Shown piece after piece: positions 1 through 10,323 of a stretch of DNA of 32,094 nucleotides. A model generated the notes under the pieces. The model ran no database searches. It was given only the letters and a program-made list of their open reading frames with translations, and was not told the DNA's origin. The position numbers were made by a program, and so were the translations under genes. The stretch's first letter is position 1. Every line of letters starts with the position of its first letter. Source of the stretch: Chrysochromulina tobinii (taxonomy: Eukaryota); assembly GCA_001275005.1 (NCBI GenBank), contig JWZX01001440.1, positions 1-32,094 on the forward strand. Reading direction: 5' to 3'.

Positions 1-16
1 CCGCGCCCGCGCCCGT

Positions 17-54
<38 letters not shown>

Positions 55-2047
55 TCCCGCGGCCCGCAGAGTACACTCCGAGCTCGGCGAGGCGCATCCG
101 GAGGTTGAGGAGCCCAGGATCGTTCTCCTTGGCGGCGGCGGCGGCGGCCGCGGCGGAGGCGGCGTTGGAGGGGGCGGCGGCGGCGTCTTCCTTCTTCTTG
201 TCGCCTGTGTTCAGAGGGAGGCCGAGGCTGAGCTTGAGTCGGGCCATCGACTCCTCAAGCGTCACTGGTGGGTAGCCGCCCTCCGACCCGACGTACTTCG
301 AGAGCGCGGCGTGCGGGTGCGATTGCGAGTACAGCCCACGTCGGTGAGTCTCCTTGGAGGGCGGGAGCGCGCCCGCCGAGCTGTTCCTGCCGCCCGATGC
401 CGCGTCGTCAGGAGCACTCGTCAGCAGCCAGCGCGCGTGCTCGATCGCGGGCTCGGCCGCCGCGGCATCGCGCGTCGCGTCGTCGACGGCCCTGGTGAGG
501 CGTAACGACGCGAGACGCGCCTCCTGCGCTTCGGACGGCTGCGCTTCGAGGAGTGCCCCGAGCATGTCGACGTCACCTGCCTTGGCGGCACTGCTGATCA
601 GAGTGCTCCGATCGGACGCACTCTCACTCAGCAGCTTCTTGAGCGTCGCCGCGTCCGCGCGCCTCGCAGCGAGACCGATGGCCTCCACCCGGCGCAGCGA
701 GGCGGAGTCGTCCTCCGAGCGAGACGCCCCGGCGGACTGCGCCCTGACGGGCGGCACGCCGAGGTGCCCAGCGACGACCACTTGAGGCGCCATATCGTCG
801 TCGGGCGCGCCGTAGGAAGTGGCGGCCGGCGCGGCGGCTGGCTGCGGGGCCCCGGCGCGCGCCTTGGCTGCCGCAGCCTCTTCAGAGGTGAGCTCAGTCA
901 CCACCTGCACCAGACCGCCGTCCGCCGGTGCGACCTTCTTCCTCTCCTCCTCCTTTTTCTGATCGGTCGCCTTCTTGTCAGCCTCCTTCTTGTCCTCCGT
1001 CTTCTTGTCCTTCTTCTCCGCCGTCTTTGCCGCGGCTGACTTCTCGTCGGATGTGAGCTCGGTCAGCCAGTCTGGCCGCCCACCTGGCGCGCCGAGTCCG
1101 GAGAGCACGGGCGCGGCAGGCGCCGACAGCCACACGGCCATCGTTCGGCCGCTGCTGCCGCTGCCGCTCGCTGAGCCGCTCTTGCCGGCGCCGCCGCCGC
1201 CACCGGCGCCGCCGATGCCGCCGATGCCGCTAGCTGTGCCGCTCTTGCCGTTACCAGCACTGCCGCCGCTGCCAGCACTGCAGCCGCTGCCGCTTGCGCC
1301 GAGGAGCTCCGCATGCAAATGATAGGCGCTCGGCACCGAGCCACTCGCGGACGGCTTGTCGGTGCCAATCTTGAGCCAGCTCAATGTCGCATGGTCGCCT
1401 CGCGCCTTGGCCCAGGCTTCGACGTTCGCGTCGCGCAGGTCCTCGAGGAGCTTCTGCTCGCGACGGCGCGCGGCGAGCTCGACGAGCGCGGGCACGGCAT
1501 GCGCGAGCGCCGGCTGTGTCAGGTGGCCCTCGGTCAGCACGCGATCATACTCAGGGTGCATGGCAGCGACGATATCATGGTCGCCCGCGAGCAGGGCCGC
1601 CTCGAGGCGCGCGCCGACGCAGACGCGCAGCTTCTTCTCAATCTCTGCGGGCTGCTTGGGCGGGTCCGGCTTCTTTGCGATTGGTGGAGGCTTCTTCGGC
1701 TCCTCCGGCTCGAACAGCCGCTCCGGACCGCTGGGCGGTGCGAGATCGAGCCGCGCGAGCGGAGTCGTGCGAGAGAGAGCGCGGGAAGAGGATGCGGAGA
1801 CCGCGTCGGCCAGTGCGATCAACCGCGTGACGAGCACGTTGAGACCGCGCTGTGCCGCGAGGCCGACCAGCTCCGCGGGCACGTGGTCGATCGAGGTCGC
1901 CACTGCGGGCTCCCGTCCCTCGCGCCACTCAGGGTCGAGCGTCCTTACTAGCTCGCCGTCTCCTTGGGCGGCTGCAGCTGCAGCGAGTGCCTGCAGCTCT
2001 GCTTGCAGCCGTCGCCGTGGCCCGTCCGACGAGCCGAGGCCGAGCAT
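1..2047 (-). CDS. Hypothetical protein, 3'-partial (>=682 aa; runs off window start); Gly/Ser-, Lys/Glu- and Ala-rich tracts, possibly one ankyrin-like helix pair
   Basis: Absent from the ORF track because no stop lies in the window. Minus-strand frame from ATG 2047 (MLGLGSSDGPRRRLQAELQ..., in-frame TAG upstream) reads open to base 1, e.g. ...EEPKKPPPIAKKPDPPKQPAEIEKKLRV..., ...STLISSAAKAGDVDMLGALLEAQP..., ending in GAGAGA. The + ORFs at 15, 354, 975 and 1356 share one frame and are its antisense shadow. Confidence 0.75.
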
Positions 2048-2415
2048 CGCGGGGGTCTGCCACCAGTCGCGACGGGTGGCGCCGATTCGCTATTCATACC
2101 GGTACTTTCATGGAGCGTTGTGGCGGGCGCGCACGTCAGTGGCCGACTTTCTATTATGAAGTGGGTTCTTTCACTTTCGTACCAAAGCACTCGTCGATCG
2201 GGTTTCTAGACAAATTTGTCACTGTTCACAGCATGCCACCTCTACCGCCTCAGAAGGACTTGGACGAAACTCACGTTCACGATCACGTCTATTGGCCGTC
2301 TCGGCAAGACGCACAACCACCGGACTTGGACAATTGTCCCTACGTACCTTTTTGAAGTTAACGAACCTGGTACCGTACAGTCCGGACTACACTCCACGCG
2401 GCGCTACCGAGTCCG

Positions 2416-3255
2416 CTACGAGTGCTTGATCAAGGCTTCGCACGGCTTGAGATCGCCATCGCCGTCGAGCTTGGCCACGTCCCCATATGCCGGATAGTAC
2501 CTGTCGAACCAAGCCTTGGCCTCGTCATACGAGTCAAAGTCGGCGCAGTCCTTGACATCGCCAGGGTTGGCCTCGAAAGCCGCCACCTCCTTTGCCTCAC
2601 GCGCCGTGCTACGTTGCTGTTGCTGGAGCTTTGCCGAAGCTGTCTTCGTGGATGCAGGGCGCTGGTTTGCATTCGGGCCAAACCCTTTGCCTGCTGTGCT
2701 GCTGCTGCCGCCGCTGCTGCCGCTGCTGCCGCCGCTGCTGCCGGCATCAAAGCACGCGCCCCAAAGCCCAAGGCTCTCCGACTTGGCCTCGGCCTGTAGA
2801 CGGTTGAACATCTCCTGATTCCGGATGTTGGGCTTGTAGGCCTTCGCGCGTGCATAGCCTTTGCGAACCAGAAGCTCGTTGATCGACTCACCATCTTTGT
2901 ACAGGTACACGAGGCTGCGGCCAAACCGATCGAGTGGCTCCACGTCGGTGTCAAACTCCACCTCCGTGCCCGCCGGAAGAAGCCGCTTCATCTCTGCCGA
3001 TGCTTCCGGTCCAAAACACTGTGGAGGCTCCCCACGCTCTCGCTGGGCCGGAGAGACCGTCTCTGGCGTGTTGATTCCAAGCAGGCGGGCTCTTCCGAGC
3101 TTTTCTAGTATCACTGTGTCGCCGTCCACAACCCGCTCAATGTAATCCGTCTGCATAGACCATGAAGCTTGCGGTGACCATGCGATCGTCGCTGCGCCGA
3201 TGATCGCAATCAGCGTGCGCTGTGCGACATCGTTGAACAGCCCATTAACGCGCAT
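2416..3255 (-). CDS. Thermonuclease (staphylococcal nuclease, SNase family) with C-terminal Excalibur-type Ca-binding domain and N-terminal hydrophobic targeting segment
   Basis: SNase motifs VVDGDT, ARLLGINTPET, FGPEAS, DRFGRSLVYLY, INELLVRKGYA, EAKSESLGLW; Gly/Ser linker; C-terminal DCADFDSYDEAKAWF...LDGDGDLKPCE. First ATG at 3255; the frame is open to 3375 and an upstream exon is possible, so the start is uncertain. Confidence 0.9.
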   Translation of the reverse strand: MRVNGLFNDVAQRTLIAIIGAATIAWSPQASWSMQTDYIERVVDGDTVILEKLGRARLLGINTPETVSPAQRERGEPPQCFGPEASAEMKRLLPAGTEVEFDTDVEPLDRFGRSLVYLYKDGESINELLVRKGYARAKAYKPNIRNQEMFNRLQAEAKSESLGLWGACFDAGSSGGSSGSSGGSSSTAGKGFGPNANQRPASTKTASAKLQQQQRSTAREAKEVAAFEANPGDVKDCADFDSYDEAKAWFDRYYPAYGDVAKLDGDGDLKPCEALIKHS

Positions 3256-4160
3256 TGCACTCGGGGCAGCCTGGCACTGGATCGGCGCTCCTCTGGTGTC
3301 TCTGGTAGTCGTCGATCCGTGCTGGAGGTCCGACACATCGGTGATACAATCTCGATTCCGGGTGCACAATCTCAAAGGTCACAAACACAATCACGCGTGT
3401 GGAGACTCTTACAGTCCCCCTCTCCCGTGCACCATTACACGCAAGTTGTGATTTTGTGTGTGCGAATGTGTGTGCGAATGTGAATGTGTGACTGTGTGAC
3501 TTCTAAACACGCACAAGGGACACAGGGCCGACGTTCCACGTTCGGTAAGACAGATTGAAATTTCAATTTGTGACGGTGCACCGTGCTCAGTAAGGATCTA
3601 GTAGGAACGCCCTGAGAGTGGACAATAGCTTCCGCGACCGTGTCTGATGAGAAGCACCAGGACAGCGGGTATAAAAGTACCTCAAATAGGTCAATTAGCA
3701 GTGTCATCTTGGATCTAGATCGATCCCATGCGCCGGAATGATGATGCATGATCATTCCGCTCGCTGCAGGAGATTGTGAAGCGAGGTCGGGCACACGCCG
3801 CTCGACCGCGCCGCGCTCGGGCACCCGGCATCCCCGCATACATGCACGGCACACCGCGTCGACACCGTCGCCCGATGCGATCGGATGCGCGCACACCCGA
3901 TCCACAGTACACACATCCCGCGCAAATCGAGTGCGGCCCTCACCCCACGGAGACCGTTCACGTTCACGTACAGTTAGCCCTCACGGCTACTAACTATAAT
4001 AGTACGAGTAGAAGCACAACCGCTGGCCCCGTGGATGCGTGGAGACGCTCACCAGACGGACGTCCGAGTGGCACACTCCTTCCGCCTATCTTGATAACGG
4101 CCGCTCATGCGGTGCGCGCCTGCTCCGTAAGCTATGCCAACTGCGACCAAGCTTCGCCAC

Positions 4161-4943
4161 TTAGTTGTCCTCGGCCTCGGATGTGCTCCCCTTGGCTGCC
4201 CTTGGCCGCCTGGCCGCCTTTTGCTTGTCTGCTGCCGCCGCCTTCTGCGCCTCGTCCGCCTTTTGCTCGGCCGCTGCCGCCGCCTTGTACGCCTCCGTCT
4301 TCTCTTGCTTGGCTGTTGCCGCCTCCTTCTGCGCCTCATCCGCCTTTTGCTTGGCCGCTGCCGCCTCCTTCTGCGCCTCCGTCTTCTCTTGCTTGGCTGC
4401 TGCCGCCTCCTTCTGCGCCTCCGTCTTCTCTTGCTTGGCTGCTGCCGCCTCCTTCTGCGCCTCGTCCACCTTTTGCTCGGCCGCTGCCGCCTCCTTCTGC
4501 GCCGCCTTCTGAGCATGGATCGCCCCAGCCGTCAAATTCTGGAGAATGGCCACCTCATTGGTCGACATTGCCAGCGCCAACTCCAGATCGATCCTTTTGT
4601 CGAATGCTTGCTTGAGCTCCTTCTGGGCAATGATCTTCCCCATTCGCATCTGAATCTCTTGAACGGCCATCTGAATCTCTTGAACGGCGTTGGGATTCGA
4701 GGCGACCATCGAGGTCGCGAGCACCAGGGAGCCCAAGACGACAAGCAGGATGCCGATGCAAGATTTGCTTCTGGAAGGCGCACCAACGCCGACATTCTGC
4801 TGCTCAGGGACCGGTTTAGCCGGCACTTTGTCCGCTTCGCCGTCGGTCGGGGGCGGCGCAACGCGTGATCGGACTTTCGAAGCACCGTCAGATTTGGGTG
4901 ACGACCGTGGCGGCGACTTGCTGCGTGAATGGGGCCCAGCCAT
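4161..4943 (-). CDS. Single-pass membrane protein with Ala/Lys/Glu/Gln coiled-coil stalk of 14-aa repeats (~260 aa)
   Basis: ATG 4943 (MAGPHSRSKSPP); hydrophobic CIGILLVVLGSLVLATSMVA; 6-7 copies of EAQKEAAAAKQEKT-like units. Confidence 0.7.
   Translation of the reverse strand: MAGPHSRSKSPPRSSPKSDGASKVRSRVAPPPTDGEADKVPAKPVPEQQNVGVGAPSRSKSCIGILLVVLGSLVLATSMVASNPNAVQEIQMAVQEIQMRMGKIIAQKELKQAFDKRIDLELALAMSTNEVAILQNLTAGAIHAQKAAQKEAAAAEQKVDEAQKEAAAAKQEKTEAQKEAAAAKQEKTEAQKEAAAAKQKADEAQKEAATAKQEKTEAYKAAAAAEQKADEAQKAAAADKQKAARRPRAAKGSTSEAEDN
4205..4510 (-). repeat. Coding tandem repeat, 42-bp period
   Basis: Repeated gcctccttctgcgcctccgtcttctcttgcttggctgctgcc-like units encoding the 14-aa repeat. 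Confidence 0.9.
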
Positions 4944-5482
4944 TGTGTGGGACACGCGAGCGAGGAGTCGATTGCACGATGAAACCCGGCCCAGAGGGGC
5001 CTTTTTTGACAAATTTGGGACAAACTCATGTAACGTCAATTTGCATCTCGGAAGACGATTCTTTGTCAATTTTGGGTTTCGAATAGGAAACTAGGCGCAG
5101 GATGCGCAGGAACTCTCACCCCCACTGCTAGCCTCGAGAGCACATTCGATAGGCTTCCGTTAGGTTGTCTGTTGTTTATGTAGTAACTGAACGCAGGAAG
5201 ACTCTCCACTCTCGATCACGCAGTCGTGAGCACTCTCCGCCTTACGAGCAATGAACCGTCTCGAACTTATGTCTCGCTCGCTTGTCCCTGCGGCTCTTCC
5301 AAGGGTCGTCTTCCCACAGACCGACGGAAGCAGTCGTCCATAGCCATTAATATTGGAGTGTCCTGTTTGGGGAGTTCCTCATCCGTGGGTTGGACACTCA
5401 TCACACCCCGGTGAGAACTGTGAACGCTCAGGCCTTAGACGAGGCGCGAGCGCGCGCGCGCGAGCGAGCGAGCGAGCGAGCG

Positions 5483-7255
5483 ATGCTCATCCCAATCATA
5501 GGCTTCTCGCCCTCGGGCGAACCGCTGCTCGGCGACCAGGGCTTCGAGGTGGCGGATGTGCCATCCTTCGAGATTGTGCGCCGCCTTGGCGTCGCGTCAC
5601 CGCTTGTGCTCTGCCTGCCGGCTGAGCTGCTCAAGGCGCCGCCGTCGGAGGCAATCTGCGAGTTGATGCGCGAGACGACGACGGTCGTCGGCCCATTTGC
5701 GCTCGAGCGTGCAGACGAGGCGCGCGAGTGGCTGAGCATGGGCGCGCACTACGCCCTCTTCCTGCCGCCGGCCAATCTCGGTATCGGAGCTGAGTGTCCT
5801 CCGGCGGCCAAGCCGCTGGCCGAGGTCGTGAGGGCCGCGGCGGCTGAGGTGGCGATCCCGGCAGAGCGCATGATGCTGCTCGTCGACGTGCCGGCGCTCG
5901 AAAATGCGGCCGCGCTCGCGCGCTTCCAGGCCGACATCGAGTCCCTCGCGGCGCCTGCGGGCTCCGGCTGCTACGAGTGCTGCAAAAAGGAGACGTGTGG
6001 CGCCGTGTCTGGCGTGTGCGTGGTCGTGCCGCCGGGCACCTCGGAGAAGATCGAGGCGGATCTGCTCGGCGTTCTAGGCCCGCTCGCCGCGCGCGATCGG
6101 CTCCAGGTGTTCCTGGGCGGACTCTCGATGCTCACCTCGAGCGCGCAGCCAAGCTCGGTCGGGCACCTGCACCACTCGTTCGCAATCCACGCCCTCGGCG
6201 CCGCGACGCTCGCGGAGGAGGCAAACGTCGCGACGCCCGCGGGAGGCTTCGTCGGTGCGCCGCCCGTCGCCGTCGTCGAGCTGCCCGCCGCCGCTGCCTC
6301 GTTGTACGCCCTCTTCGCCGCCCCGGCGCTCGAGCTCGGCCCGGCGGTGGCCGCGTGCGTGCGCACTGACCGCTCGGATGGGTTGTTCCCGACACTTGTG
6401 CTCGAGGCGGACGGCGCGGCGCTCGGGCTGGTCTACTCGTCGACCCAGTCGATCGGAGCCGCGCTGCGCTGCGGTCGTGGAGTCTACTGGTCTCGCTCTC
6501 GCTCCTCGCTCTGGCGAAAAGGAGACACCTCGGGCGCGTGGCAGACGCTGCGTCGCATCCAACTGGACTGCGACGCGGACGCGCTCTGCTTCACAGTGAC
6601 GCAGCACGGCATCCCGCCCGCCTTCTGCCACAAGACGAGCCTCTCTTGTTGGGGACAGCCGACTGGCCTGCATGCGCTGCAGCTCACGCTCTTCGCGCGC
6701 AAGGCCTCGGCGCCGCCCGGCTCGTACACCAAGCGGCTCTTCGATGACGCGACGCTGCTCCGCAACAAACTCGTCGAGGAAGCGCAGGAGCTAGCGGAGG
6801 CCACCGAGCCCGACCACGTTGCCGCCGAAGCGGCGGACCTGATCTACTTCGCGATGGTGCGCTGCGTCGCGGCGGGCGTCGGCCTCCCGCAGATCTCGTC
6901 TCATCTCGATCGGCGCGCCCTCAAGCTCGAGCGCCGTCCTGGGCACTCGAAGGCGAGCCGCATTGCCGCCGGCGACGCCATCCTGAGCGAAGCCAAGGGC
7001 AAAGCTGGCGCCGCCCCCGCGAGCACGGGCGCTCTCGTGGGCGCGAGCACGGGCGCGGGGCGGGCGCGATGGCTGCCCGTGATCGCCTTCGGGGTGTACG
7101 CCCTCTACTTCGCGCCCGGCACGACGCTTGCCCTCGGGCAGGTGGGCCAGGCGGCGGCGGCGGCGGCGGCCAGCAAGGCAACGGCGGCGACCAACACGGT
7201 GGCGGCGGCGGCGGCGGCGGTGGCCAGCGCGGTGAGCCGCCGTCGTGGGCAGTAA
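5483..7255 (+). CDS. hisIE: Bifunctional phosphoribosyl-AMP cyclohydrolase / phosphoribosyl-ATP pyrophosphatase (HisI-HisE) with degenerate HisA-like N-terminal region, fungal His4/His7 style, without HisD
   Basis: HisI motifs DRSDGLFPTLV, LGLVYSS, GVYWSRSRSSLWRKGDTSG, DCDADAL, FCH-x5-CW; HisE motifs SYTKRLF, KLVEEAQEL, EAADLIYFAMV. ATG 5483 follows a (GCGA)n tract. Confidence 0.92.
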   Translation: MLIPIIGFSPSGEPLLGDQGFEVADVPSFEIVRRLGVASPLVLCLPAELLKAPPSEAICELMRETTTVVGPFALERADEAREWLSMGAHYALFLPPANLGIGAECPPAAKPLAEVVRAAAAEVAIPAERMMLLVDVPALENAAALARFQADIESLAAPAGSGCYECCKKETCGAVSGVCVVVPPGTSEKIEADLLGVLGPLAARDRLQVFLGGLSMLTSSAQPSSVGHLHHSFAIHALGAATLAEEANVATPAGGFVGAPPVAVVELPAAAASLYALFAAPALELGPAVAACVRTDRSDGLFPTLVLEADGAALGLVYSSTQSIGAALRCGRGVYWSRSRSSLWRKGDTSGAWQTLRRIQLDCDADALCFTVTQHGIPPAFCHKTSLSCWGQPTGLHALQLTLFARKASAPPGSYTKRLFDDATLLRNKLVEEAQELAEATEPDHVAAEAADLIYFAMVRCVAAGVGLPQISSHLDRRALKLERRPGHSKASRIAAGDAILSEAKGKAGAAPASTGALVGASTGAGRARWLPVIAFGVYALYFAPGTTLALGQVGQAAAAAAASKATAATNTVAAAAAAVASAVSRRRGQ

Positions 7256-7262
7256 GACGAGG

Positions 7263-7386
7263 GCGCAGCCCCCGGAAGCCACGAGATCAGCACCTCGCTC
7301 GCCGAGATCGCTTCTCGCGCAGCCCCGTGGCCACGGAGGCCACGAGATCGTATCTCGCGCACCGGGATCGCATCTCGCGCAGCCCC
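7263..7386 (+). repeat. Imperfect ~60-bp tandem duplication with CGAGATCG..TCTCG micro-hairpins downstream of hisIE
   Basis: gccacgagatc...gatcgc(t/a)tctcgcgcagcccc occurs twice about 60 bp apart. Confidence 0.6.
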
Positions 7387-7921
7387 CCAGGAGGAGCGGG
7401 CACGCATGTTATGGCGTCGGCCGGTAAGCGGAGGCGGCGACGCCACGGGATGGCGTCGAGGGACACGCATGCAAGTGCTCACCACGGCATCGCGCATGGC
7501 GTCGAGGGACACGCAGGGACGTGGGGCGACTTTGCTTGGGAGGGCGTCTGGAGTGTGCGCGCCCCAGGAATCAGGCCCCCCTTCCCTGGCCGGCTGACTC
7601 ACGTGGTAGAGCGCAGCCCGGGTGTGGATGGTATCCTGTAGACCTTTGGTGTCGTACCTGTAGACCTTTGGTCAGCTATGGACAAGGAGTTATGTTGTCC
7701 AAAACGCAACCCAAAAGAGCGTTCTTCTTCTTGTGCGCGCCGTGCCAGCCCGCCGCAGCCCCGCAACAGGTTTTTCTTGACGTGCGTCAGGACCACGCGC
7801 AATCGCCAACGACAGTTCGACAGTCCGAAGAACCGGAAGGCGCGTCTTGACGATTGAACCAGCGAATAAAGAGGGTCTATAGAACGGCATGCAGTCGATT
7901 CACAGGAAAGTCGCGGGATCA

Positions 7922-9286
7922 ATGGCGCCTCGCGCGAGCAAGAGGCTCGCGTGGCCGTGTCTTGCTGGCGTGGGAGTCTTGCTGGCGTGGCTCGCATACC
8001 TTCCGAGGCCTCATGTTTCTGATTGGCTGATGGAGCTGCTGCTGCTCTTCGACCGCTGCCCGCCGGTCCATCTCCGGCGGGCGATCGCAGTGCTCGCCGT
8101 TGGCGACAATTACACTTCGGCCATCACTCATACCGTGGAGCCTGCGCACCAGCCACTCTATCCGCCGTGGCGACCTCTGCTGGCCGTTGAGCTCAAACGG
8201 AGCGCGGAGGACACAGTGATCTTTGACGCAGCAGGGCGCGAGCTTCATTGCTTAGCGTCCGTACCGCTCGGCACCGGCACCGGCAACGGCGTGTACGTGT
8301 ACGTCGCGCCGGCCGGGACGCTGTGGCAATGGCCAGCGGAGCACGTCGGCTTCGCTCGAGCGGCACGACTGCCTCCACTCCGCTTTGACGCGGATCGGCC
8401 GGAGGGCACATGGGAGGCAGGCCCTGGGAGCCCGCTGCCCGCTCTAGCATCGACGACGTCGCCCGCGGCTCTGCTGCCACCGACGACGGCACGGATACCG
8501 TGATGCTGCAGACCCTTCTCGACGTCGCCGCCGATCTTTCGTGCGCCTGGGCTGCTCACGGAGGCAGCCATGGATGCTCTGCTCGCGGCTGCGGCGCCCG
8601 GCCTCGCCAGGTCAACTGTGGGAGATCCGACGCAGACGCAAGCTCCGTATCGGCAGGTGGACGAGCGTCGCACCTCCCTCTCCGCGTGGATACACGGTTA
8701 CAATGACCCTCGCCACTCGCACTCGGTGGCCCGCGCGGTGCAGCGCCGTGTCGCCGCGCTGCTCGCTCTGCCCTCGGAGCGGCTGTGGCGCGGCATCGAG
8801 CCCCTCCTCGCCGTAGAGTACCCGGAAGGCACCTTCTACGAGCCGCATTTCGACTTTTTTGGTGGCGGCGGCGGCTCCGACAAGCTAAGCGAGCCCGCGT
8901 TCACGCCGCCACACGGCTCCAATCGTTTCGCCACGGTGATCGTGTACCTCACTAGCGCGGGCGAGCCTGGAGACGGCGGGTTCGTCAACGGCCACACCGT
9001 CTTCCCCTTTGCTGGGTTCGTCAACGGCTCCGACAGCCTCGATGGGGTCGCGTTCGCGGGCGCCGTACCGGGCGCACCCGCGTGCAGCTTCCCCGCGCCT
9101 TCGACGCCCAAGGCGGCGCGAGGCATGCTCGTCCAGCCGCGCCGAGGCGACGCGATCCTCTTTTATGACCAACGGCCAGACGGTAGCCTCGACGGCCGCG
9201 CCAGGCACGGATCGTGCCCCGTGGTGCGCGGGACCAAGCGAGTGATCAACGTGTGGGCTTGGAACCGAGACGTTATCTATCGATGA
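7922..9286 (+). CDS. Prolyl 4-hydroxylase (2OG-Fe(II) oxygenase) with N-terminal membrane anchor; frame interrupted at ~8445-8518
   Basis: ORFs 7889-8503 and 8570-9286 are in the same frame, separated by one TGA (8501-8503). P4H motifs: STSPPIF...GLARSTV, FYEPHFDFF (HxD), NRFATVIVYL, GHTVFP, VQPRRGDAILFY, HGSCPVVRGTK. N-terminal LAWPCLAGVGVLLAWLAYL. Confidence 0.85.
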
Positions 9287-9333
9287 ACTGAGAGTAAGCG
9301 AGCAATCCACGTGTGGGCTTGGAACCGAGACGT
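9236..9333 (+). repeat. 60-bp-period duplication of the P4H 3' coding end into the 3' flank
   Basis: aagcgagtgatcaacgtgtgggcttggaaccgagacgt (9236) vs aagcgagcaatccacgtgtgggcttggaaccgagacgt (9296). Confidence 0.85.
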
Positions 9334-9682
9334 GAGATCGTATCGCGATGAAGCCGTGAGCGCGCGCGAAAACGCGCATGCGTGGCGCTGGGCCTCTCCG
9401 ATCGGGGAGACGGATCCGCTGGGCGCATTGAGTGCGTGGGAGGGACTCACTGTAGGTCTCTACAAGTGTGCCCGGCTTCTTTAGATGCACGTCCATGATC
9501 GATACTCGTGGATACATGTCCACCTAGGTTGTACACACGCGCTCTGAATCTCTCGCAGCAATCGAACCCCAAAATGAAAATGCAACCTTAGCGAGTGTCA
9601 CCCACAGCAGCCTCGCTCGCATCCTACTGTCTCTCCCGCTATGATGGCACTGAGACTCCGCCATCTGAATGAACCAACTCTA

Positions 9683-10054
9683 TCAATTGTCGAGTCCTCT
9701 GTGTGCCGCTTGCCGCCAATCAATCTTCGCCTCCTCTTCTGCTTGTGCAGACTCCGCAGCATGATGATCCTCGCACGCAGCTTTGGCTTTGGCTTCTGCC
9801 ACGCCCTCGCGCAGCTCGAGAAGGCGGCGCACGTCATCTACGTTCCGTGTGAGCTCCCGGATTCCGGGAAGCTCAGATGCTAAGCTCACATGCAGCCGGG
9901 CTGGAGCTGGACTGGTCGGAGTGTTCTGCATCAGATGACGCGTCGACACGACCTTCCCCATCACATTGCCCTGTGGTATCAAAGACATCCTCGGGGTGAA
10001 TGCAGGCGGTGTTGCTACGAGCAGCGCTGCAAAAGGAGTCAGTAGCAGCCGCAT
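9683..10054 (-). CDS. Small hypothetical protein (123 aa) with signal or bipartite plastid-type leader and short coiled coil
   Basis: MRLLLTPFAALLVATPPAF leader, then a Ser/Thr/Arg-rich stretch, then helical VDDVRRLLELREGVAEAKAKAA. No family recognised. Confidence 0.5.
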   Translation of the reverse strand: MRLLLTPFAALLVATPPAFTPRMSLIPQGNVMGKVVSTRHLMQNTPTSPAPARLHVSLASELPGIRELTRNVDDVRRLLELREGVAEAKAKAACEDHHAAESAQAEEEAKIDWRQAAHRGLDN

Positions 10055-10323
10055 CGTCGAGCTGGTGATCGTCGTGCAGGCCGCGGTGGCGTCCCGAAAG
10101 CGAGTGCGCTGGATGGAGAGAAGGCGTGGAAGAATTCTCAGTCTAACCTCAAAACATCTCGTGCCGCGAGATCGATCGTGAACAGTGTGGGCTCAAACCC
10201 TCCGGAAACTCGAAAACCCCAAGGTAATCGTGCGCGCGCGGCGCAATCTGCCTAAGTAGCCCGTCCCCCATCCCCCCGAGCCCGGTGTGTGCCAGCCATC
10301 CACTCCACTCCTCCTCGGTCTCT

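Noticed and set aside
15..2159. Plus-strand ORFs 15-275, 354-785, 975-1322, 1313-1951, 1356-2159
   Set aside because: Ser/Ala/Arg-rich antisense shadows of the minus-strand gene 2047->1; typical of high-GC coding DNA.
3435..3993. Overlapping short ORFs between the nuclease and the coiled-coil gene
   Set aside because: No recognisable motifs, lower GC, and includes a TG/CGAATG microsatellite; treated as intergenic or UTR.
8501..8509. TGA-TGC-TGC read as selenocysteine (U-C-C) in the P4H gene
   Set aside because: P4Hs are not known selenoproteins, I could not identify a SECIS, and the shifted frame restores a better P4H-like sequence.
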